From Nemertoderma westbladi (lineage: Eukaryota > Animalia > Xenacoelomorpha), in assembly GCA_032718475.1 (NCBI GenBank), contig JAUCBJ010002676.1, positions 1 to 32,126 on the forward strand: a stretch of DNA of 32,126 nucleotides. The letters are read 5' to 3'. Shown here piece after piece: positions 24,621 to 32,126 of the stretch. The position numbers and the translations under genes are program-made. Each line of letters opens with the position of its first letter. Positions within the stretch are counted from its first letter, which is position 1. Under the pieces are notes generated by a model. That model did no database searches. It had not been told where the DNA came from and was given only the letters and a program-made list of their open reading frames with translations.

Positions 24621-24690
24621 ATTTAGGTTTATTTAATAGCTTTGATTATTTGTTGGTTTTGTTATGTAGCTGTTTCTCATTATATCTTAG

Positions 24691-24864
24691 GGAGCCATCT
24701 GCGGGGTCTGCCTCCACCCAAGGTCTATCATCCAGACAGCGGTTCGACCCGCTGCCCCCAACCCCCGCTAACGATCGGGCACCGTGTCCGCTACCCACCG
24801 AGTCCCCAGAGCGGATTATCCCCGTCCAACAACAGTACAAACCACCCGGGATCGACTCCCCTAG
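24691..24864 (+). CDS. BLNK-like: BLNK/SLP-76-family adaptor, coding exon 3 (Pro-rich)
   Basis: Acceptor tatatcttag| at 24690; G completes TG|G (Trp), then EPSAGS...PLPPTP...GIDSP. Donor AG|GTAAGT at 24864/24865; 174 nt, phase 2 to 2. Confidence 0.8.
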
Positions 24865-25640
24865 GTAAGTCGAAGTAACTAATATACCCCTCATACTAAT
24901 AGTACCACCTCTCCTTAAATCGTTTTACCGAGAGCGAGCGCTAATCCTATACCAGAAGAATAACTTACGTTACGTTACGACTAAGAGTTAATAAGTATAT
25001 TGCAGAACATAGTTTTCCTATTATAATTTAATAATTTATAGTGTAACTACAGTACCGGTAGATAGATTTAACGCTGTCACGGCGTGGTAAAACATCCACT
25101 TTCCGAACACCATTCTGGCAGTTCCGTCCGGACGGGGGGGGGGGGGGGCTGTCGTTTCGTTATATGTTAAAAAAAGTTTTACTTAAAAATACATATTATT
25201 TTATAATAAATGTTTATTACAACGGTTAGAAATTTATGTTTTTACATTCCGTATATCGTACTACGGTACCTGAATCATCTGGTAGTCTAGTAGAAAATAG
25301 GCTGGGGGCGGAAATTTGGTACAACTGGGATTGTCTAATGTTTTAGGTTAGTAATTATGTCTACTGGACTGTAGTGGTGATGGTGTCAACTTTCCACTGC
25401 AGGGGGGGGGGGGGGGGGGGGTGGTGTCGTCGAAAGTTTTCAAAAGGTATCTTTTATGAAATCGCCAATAATAATTAATAGAAACTATATTCAGGAATAT
25501 TTTGTCCTTTAAAAGTCTCGCTCAGAGGAAACAGTGTGTGAAGCAAAGTTAACATTCTGGTGAGGGTGTGGGGGAGGTCATTCAATATGCTAGGCTTCTA
25601 TTGGGCTTATATTTGTATACGTTACCTTGACTACCTATAG

Positions 25641-25986
25641 AAATCGAGCCATGGAGAACCAACTTTGGTACGACCCCCGGCTGAAATCGGACGAAGCTAA
25701 ACTCAAACTAATTGGCGTTGGGGTTGAAGGCTGCTTCGTGGTCCGTCCCAACAGTCTGCGTCCCGGCATCGACTACTCCCTGTCTCTCTACTTCCGGGGC
25801 GGGGTCCACCATCTCATCATTGGACTCCGCGACGACGGCAGTTACGCCCTCGGCACCGTGAAGGACTTCGAACCCCGGTTCCCCACCGTCGCTGACCTCA
25901 TCGAGCACCACAAGGCCGTGGCCATCAACATCAATAAAGTGGGGGAGTTAACCCTGACGAAACATTTACAGAGAGGCATGCGATAA
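25641..25986 (+). CDS. BLNK-like: BLNK/SLP-76-family adaptor, last coding exon (SH2 domain)
   Basis: Acceptor cctatag| at 25640; A completes AG|A (Arg). SH2 sequence WY...A...L...EGCFVVRPNS...YSLSLYF...VHHLII...YALG...F.TVADLIEHH; TAA at 25984-25986. Total CDS is 1203 nt (400 aa). Confidence 0.9.
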
Positions 25987-26644
25987 TATAATTTAAATCT
26001 CTCAACGTTAGTCTTCTTCACACTAAATTTACAGTGCCATTACTAATTTATTTTATAGTGTTTGTGCCTTTATTCTTTGTACATCCTACACGGCCACTGA
26101 TGGATGTTAAATTCCCCCAACTTATTATTGTTTTAACGATATTATTCGAATCCAAATCAACATTATATCGCCAACATCGTTTTATCCTTTATTTAATAGA
26201 CTAAATCAACTGTGTGTTTAAATTTCACATCACGAATGAAATATTGTATTTTAAATTTCCTTTATTAGGGTGTCGTATAAACTTCATATATCTGGAATTG
26301 ACCGCTATAGATTATAATAATATGTTACAAAGGATAATATGTCAAATTTTGTGATTATAAGTTTAAAGTACAGTTAGTTAATTATTTCCTAAAAGTTGAT
26401 TAACCTGCTATAAAATAATTGATTTGCAATAATTAGGATTTAATTATATTAATTTATCATTCGTGTCGCCTGCCGGAAAATTGTGGTTAATCTAATGCAA
26501 AAGATTTCCTCTTATTATATTATTATGTAAAGATATTTGGTGCTACTCTGAGTAACATTCAAACGTATTGTTATGGTTTCTCTTGGGAGTAGCTGAGTAC
26601 CACACTGTTATGGGTTGGTTTGGTTATCCGTACATAAATGTGTT

Positions 26645-26892
26645 GCGCGCTGGTCTGTGCGGGATGTAGGCCTACTCACATGGCGCACGCTGGTCTGTGC
26701 GGGCTGTAGGCCTACTCACATGGCGCACGCTGGTCTGTGCGGGCTGTAGGCCTACTCACATGGCGCATGCAGGTCTGTGCGGGATGTAGGTCTATATTCA
26801 CATGGCGCACGCTGGTCTGTGCGGGATGTAGGCCTACTCACATGGCGCCCCACTCTGGTCTCTGCGTGATGTAGGTCTACATGCATGGCGCT
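26645..26892. repeat. 40-bp minisatellite, about 6 copies
   Basis: cgctggtctgtgcgggatgtaggcctactcacatggcgca; tggtctgtgc at 26651, 26691 and 26731, degenerating to the right. Confidence 0.92.
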
Positions 26893-28091
26893 CGCCGGCT
26901 GATTTTTACATCATCTCCCCTCGTTTCAGATTTTATTATGTATCATACTTCGTTATCTTTACTAATTGGTACTGAATTTCCTGTATTTCTTAAATGATAA
27001 TTCGTGAATCCTCTTCCTTCGACAATGTTTTCATAGGAGTTCAGAAGGGTAGAGATGTGTGGAATATTTTATTATTTTTTTATAACATGCAGTGCATACG
27101 GGAGGGACGCCTTCTACGAGACTTTTAGGAAATTTTGATTGTCGGTCGTGAAATTGATATAGTATTGAGGTGATAGAGTGGGTTGGCACGGTGATTTGGG
27201 ATTATCGTTGTATTGAATCATACGGAAATATGTATTGGGTTGTTTTTTGTTTTTGTTACATGATATATTACTGCATATAATACGTTCATAATAGTTACAT
27301 TTGTACTGTAATAATAGTTTGTATTCACGTATCGTTGTAATTTTTAGTCGAAACGGAATTCGTTATTGTCATAAATATCATTCAGTGTTATAGTTTTGTC
27401 TTTATTATCAGTAGCAATATACCTAAACTAGTTGTAGATAAATGTATACACGTCGGGTTCCACACGTAATAGTTACGCTTATTTTGTAATAATTGTTTTT
27501 AATTATTATATTTAATTTAATTAGTTACTGTTTATAATATATACTTTATTTTATGATTGTTTAAAGTAATTTTTAGTGTTCGCAATTATTACAGTATTTT
27601 AATCGTGCTCTGTAAATTGTGCTGCAGTAAGCCAAACGAGATAAAATATATTTTTTATTGTAATCGAATACATATATATTTTTAATTACAATTCATGGCA
27701 ATTCTTTCGAGTTGTAAAAAGTGCAAACTATACATTTGGGGTGCGATACGCGCTGGCTTTGGGTGAATCCCTTCCCGCACGTATCGCACACGTACGGCCG
27801 ATCACATGAGTGCGTTCGCCTGTGTGTCTTTAGGTTGCCTAGTCGAGAGAAACGTTTCTCACATCGTTGCAGAGCATTTTACAATATTCATAGTCCCTGT
27901 GCGTAAAAGTATTAGACAGCTGTATGAAATTTATAGTTAATAAAGTTTTTAAAAAAGTCCATAAATTGTCTGCGCCTCTTAGCGACGCAGTCAGTTGTTT
28001 TAAATTTAAAAACAGAGTCAAAACTCTCATTTTAAGCATAACTTTTTAGTCCATTTTATCTAGCATTATTTACCTAATATTAAAAAAAAAA

Positions 28092-28882
28092 CAAGCTTGC
28101 CAGCCGCGAGCTGGCAATAATGGACGGATCTATGGCCCATGTGAAGAATACCAGACTTTCTGCCGTTATATTTCACTTTGCAGTTACCCCCATGTGAAGT
28201 ATACCAGGTTTTAACAAAAAAAAACAGGTTACAGAAGGGCTGAATCTAACCAAATCAATATACGAATTAGTACAACATGTAAAGGTTATAAGACAGAAAT
28301 AAGCGATAAGAATAAATATATCTTAATAAAGATGAATTTAAAAGAATAACAAATCTTCATATATAAAATTCCAATAAAAAGTCGTCCGAAAAGTGAAATC
28401 CGAAATGTGAAGTATTCTTCACATGGGCGTTATAACCTGTACATATACTAATTCGTTTATTGTTTTGGTTAGATTCAGCCCTTCTGTAACCTGTGTTTTT
28501 GGTGAAAACCTGGTATTCTTCACAGGGGGGTAACTGCAAAGTGAAATATAACGGCAGAAAGTATGGTATTCTTCACATGGGCCCATAATTTTGATTGAGT
28601 GAATTCTATGAATATGATCGCTCATTCTAGGATTAATTTCACTATTGCTAGGTAACCAACAATTCCCTCACAACCAAAACCTTGCATATACACAACTAGG
28701 TCCGATAACGAACCTATCATCAAAGTTTCATCCAATTCCAGTTACATTCACATTTTCATTCACATAACAGTTACATTTCATACAATTCCAGTATTCTTGC
28801 ACATTAAGTGCAAGAAGTTGTGTGGACAAACAAACAAACAAACACACGTGAGAAATAAGGACATCCATGATGGATCCGTCCA
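28092..28882 (-). mobile_element. Non-autonomous Helentron-type element (HINE / DINE-1-like)
   Basis: Minus-strand order: 5' subTIR TGGACGGATC with partial inverted repeat (28882-28859), (TTTG)n microsatellite (about 28826-28843), core, 3' subTIR (plus-strand tggacggatc 28121-28130), GC-rich hairpin ttgccagc/gctggcaa (28097-28117), then CTTG and a T-run. Confidence 0.7.
28131..28586. mobile_element. MITE with about 160-bp TIRs and a probable TA target duplication, nested in the HINE
   Basis: ta|tggcccatgtgaagaataccagactttctgccg...ggttataa mirrors ttataacc...cggcagaaagtatggtattcttcacatgggccca|ta. Confidence 0.85.
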
Positions 28883-29280
28883 ACATCCATGATGGATCCG
28901 TCCAACATCCATGATGGATCCGTCCAACATCCCCTGATGGATCCGTCCAACATCCATGATGGATCCGTCCAACATCCCCCTGATGGATCCGTCCAACATC
29001 CCCATGATGGATCCGTCCAACATCCATGATGGATCCGTCCAACATCCCCATGATGGATCCGTCCAACATCCATGATGGATCCGTCCAACATCCATGATGG
29101 ATCCGTCCAACATCCCCCTGATGGATCCATCCAACATCCCCATGATGGATCCGTCCAACATCCATGATGGATCCGTCCAACATCCATGATGGATCCATCC
29201 AACATCCCCATGATGGATCCGTCCAACACCCATGATGGATCCGTCCAACATCCACGATGGATCCGTCCAACATCCCCCTG
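28861..29280. repeat. 22/24-bp satellite array 1 (ACATCCATGATGGATCCGTCCA), about 18 copies
   Basis: Directly visible. Variants have longer C-runs (ccccat, ccccct). The unit has the internal palindrome atccat-g-atggat. Confidence 0.95.
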
Positions 29281-29282
29281 TG

Positions 29283-31151
29283 TGTGTGACACCGCATCAT
29301 TTCAAGCCGTTAAAAAGGCTCTCTGTTCTCCGCCAATTCTAGCCAATTTCAACCCTGAACTGCCTGTAATACTTCAAACAGATGCTTCCCGTACCCGCGG
29401 ATTAGGTTTTGCCCTCCTCCAGAAATCCCTGGATGGCCATCTACTATTAATACAGTGTGGGTCAAGATTTGTATCGGAAACGGAGGCCAGGTATGCTATG
29501 GTCGAATTAGAACTGTTAGCTGTCACTTGGGCAGTGAATAAATGTCGTTTATATGTATTAGGTTTGCCACAATTTACATTAGTAGTTGATCATAAACCCT
29601 TGATATCATTGCTAAATGATAAAACCTTGGAGATGGTAGACAACCCTCGTCTCGTTCGACTTAAAGAACGTTTGATACCATATTCATTTACCGCAGTATG
29701 GAAGAGGGGAAGCGAACATTACATTCCGGATGCATTATCTCGTGCTCCCATTCAGGACCCGACTGCTGAAGACCAGATCTCTGAGGAAGATTTAACTGGC
29801 TTAATGTGTGCACGAATATGCATAAATGAAATGAGGGATAATTCAGATGAGATTGTCGACCCCATATTGAAGGACTTAAAGAATGTTGCAGATGATGACC
29901 CAGACCATAAACAGTTAATTAATTTCATTACAAACGGATTCCCAAAAACATTGTCAAATTTAACCACAGAACTCAGGAAATTTTGGAAAATTCGTGATGA
30001 TCTTCATCTGTCTGATGACAACGTTATCATGTACGGCTGTCGTTTGGTTATACCTCAGCTTAAACGCAAAGATATATTAATGTTTCCCCATGAATCGCAC
30101 CAGGGAATGGAGAGAACAAAGAGAAGGGCGCGCCAAACAGTCTATTGGCATAAATGTAGATATTGTCAATCTTGTACAAGAATGTTCCCGCTGTCAGGAG
30201 CGCCGCCCATCCCTCCCCGCTGAACCAGAACTAACAGATCCACCTCCAACACGACCATTCCAGGAGGTTGCTGCTGATTTTTTCGAGTGTGCTGGAAAAC
30301 ACTTTCTGACATACGTGGACCGTTATTCTGGATGGCCAGATGTTGTTTCATTTGGTAAACGTTTTCCAACTACCTCATTACTAAAAACTGCCCTTCGTCG
30401 AATCTTTAGTTACACTGGGATCCCGGTAAAGTTGAGATCTGATGGTGGTTCCCAGTTTACTTCAAGTGAGTTTGAAAACTTTGCGCGTGATTGGAAATTC
30501 AACCATATTTTGAGTGCTCCCCGATATCCTCAGAGTAACGGACTTGCTGAGTCTGCAGTTAAAGTGATGTCTCATTTAGTTGCAACCTCAACATCCAATG
30601 GAAATTTGGACATTGATGAATTTCATAAGGGTCTTATCGAATATCGAAATACGCCGAGGGAACATGGTCAATCCCCGGCACAATTATTGTATGGTAGACC
30701 ACTTTGCTCATGTGTACCCACCCACCATTCTGCTTTTGATAGAAAGTGGAAAGAGATTAACATGAGTTTAGATGATAAAGAAACGTGTAATACCGAAGCG
30801 CAATATAGGTCTCAAAAGACACGTAATCTTAACCCATTAGATGTTGGCAATATTGTTTGGATTCAAGATAGACCTTCTAAACATTGGAAGCGATCTGGTA
30901 GGGTCGTTTCACGCAATGGCCGTAACTACACTATTAAGTTGCCAAGTGGTCGTGGTGTTTTATGGCGCAATAGACGTCACATTCGACGGAAGTGCGGCTA
31001 CAAGAATGAGAACTCAATGAACGCTAAGAAGAATATCACCTTCTCAAATACCGAGGAAATACAAGAGTTTAAAAGACAGGACACTCCTGACTCTATTAAT
31101 GGAAGTATTCTCAAACCGATATTGCGCCATAGCCCACGTATAAAGAAATGA
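29283..31151 (+). mobile_element. pol: Ty3/Gypsy pol fragment (RNase H and integrase), frameshifted; Mag-like
   Basis: RNase H: LQTDAS..GLGFALLQ, YAMVELELLAVTWA, VVDHKPL, DALSR. Integrase: HESHQG...CSRC zinc finger, DFF/VDRYSGW, SDGGSQF, PQSNGLAE. Frameshift at about 30147 (TVYW/GIN). RNH-then-INT order indicates Gypsy. Gag, protease and RT core are missing. Confidence 0.93.
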
Positions 31152-31261
31152 TTTTTACATTATAAACTGAAAGCAAATCAATTTGAAAGGGAGATAGTGT
31201 ATGAGATATAACTGAAACTATAATAAGTAACCATTGTTAGTTAGGGTTAACTAATTATTTT

Positions 31262-31505
31262 AGAAAGGGGAGATGGTGTGATATGTAATATTATACAATT
31301 ATCATACTGTATAACGGTATGTGTAAGCGGTACAGGGGATTGGGTACCGGTCCGGGCTGTAGAGGTATATATTATATTTAGGTATTCCGTGTGGTTGACA
31401 GTCAGATATCTTGAATCTTTATAACTACTGATAAATACACTGCTGTACTGGTTAACTGAACATATGTTTTTGATATGGATGGATAAGATTATACAAAACA
31501 TACCA
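31262..31505 (+). mobile_element. Probable polypurine tract and truncated 3' LTR of the Gypsy element
   Basis: agaaaggggagatgg is followed by TGTG at 31277. An alternative PPT+TG lies at 31185-31198. The sequence is cut by satellite array 2. Confidence 0.5.
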
Positions 31506-32126
31506 GATCCGTCCAACATCCCCATGATGGATCCGTCCAACATCCATGATGGATCCGTCCAACATCCATGACGGATCCGTCCAACATCCCCCTGATGGAT
31601 CCGTCCAACATCCCCATGATGGATCCGTCCAACATCCATGATGGATCCGTCCAACATCCATGATGGATCCGTCCAACATCCATGATGGATCCGTCTCCAA
31701 CATCCATGATGGATCCGTCCAACATCCATGATGGATCCGTCCAACACCCATGACGGATCCGTCCAACATCCCCCTGATGGATCCGTCCAACATCCCCATG
31801 ATGGATCCGTCCAACATCCATGATGGATCCGTCCAACATCCATGATGGATCCGTCTCCAACATCCATGATGGATCCGTCTCCAACATCCATGATGGATCC
31901 GTCCAACATCCATGATGGATCCGTCCAACATCCCCCTGATGGATCCGTCCAACATCCCCATGATGGATCCGTCCAACATCCATGATGGATCCGTCCAACA
32001 TCCATGACGGATCCGTCCAACATCCCCCTGATGGATCCGTCCAACATCCCCATGATGGATCCGTCCAACATCCATGATGGATCCGTCCAACATCCATGAT
32101 GGATCCGTCCAACATCCATGATGGAT
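31506..32126. repeat. 22/24-bp satellite array 2 (same family and orientation as array 1), at least ~27 copies, runs off the window
   Basis: Same unit as array 1, with extra variants gacggatcc and ccgtctcca. Confidence 0.95.

Noticed and set aside
28728-32119. Minus-strand MLDGSIMDVGRIHHGCWTDPSW ORFs
   Set aside because: These are translations of the 22/24-bp satellite, open in all three frames, with no coding signature.

Overview
Repeat-rich eukaryotic (metazoan-looking, probably invertebrate) genomic DNA, not prokaryotic. One host gene can be assembled by hand: a 4-exon, 400-aa BLNK/SLP-76-family adaptor on the + strand (13212..25986) with an acidic Tyr-motif N-terminus, a Pro-rich middle and a C-terminal SH2 domain. 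Its second intron (10,143 bp) is almost entirely about 370 tandem copies of a 27-bp unit that duplicates the exon-2/intron-2 splice donor itself. The rest is nested mobile DNA: the 5' part of a putative LTR element with a gag-like coiled-coil ORF inserted into an RTE-type LINE, CR1/L2 and second APE-LINE fragments, two long-TIR MITEs, and a Helentron-like (HINE/DINE-1-type) non-autonomous element. The 5' terminal hairpin of that element appears to have been amplified into two 22-bp satellite arrays flanking a Gypsy pol fragment. Most long ORFs in the supplied track are translations of tandem repeats. All family calls come from motif recognition by eye; no searches were run.
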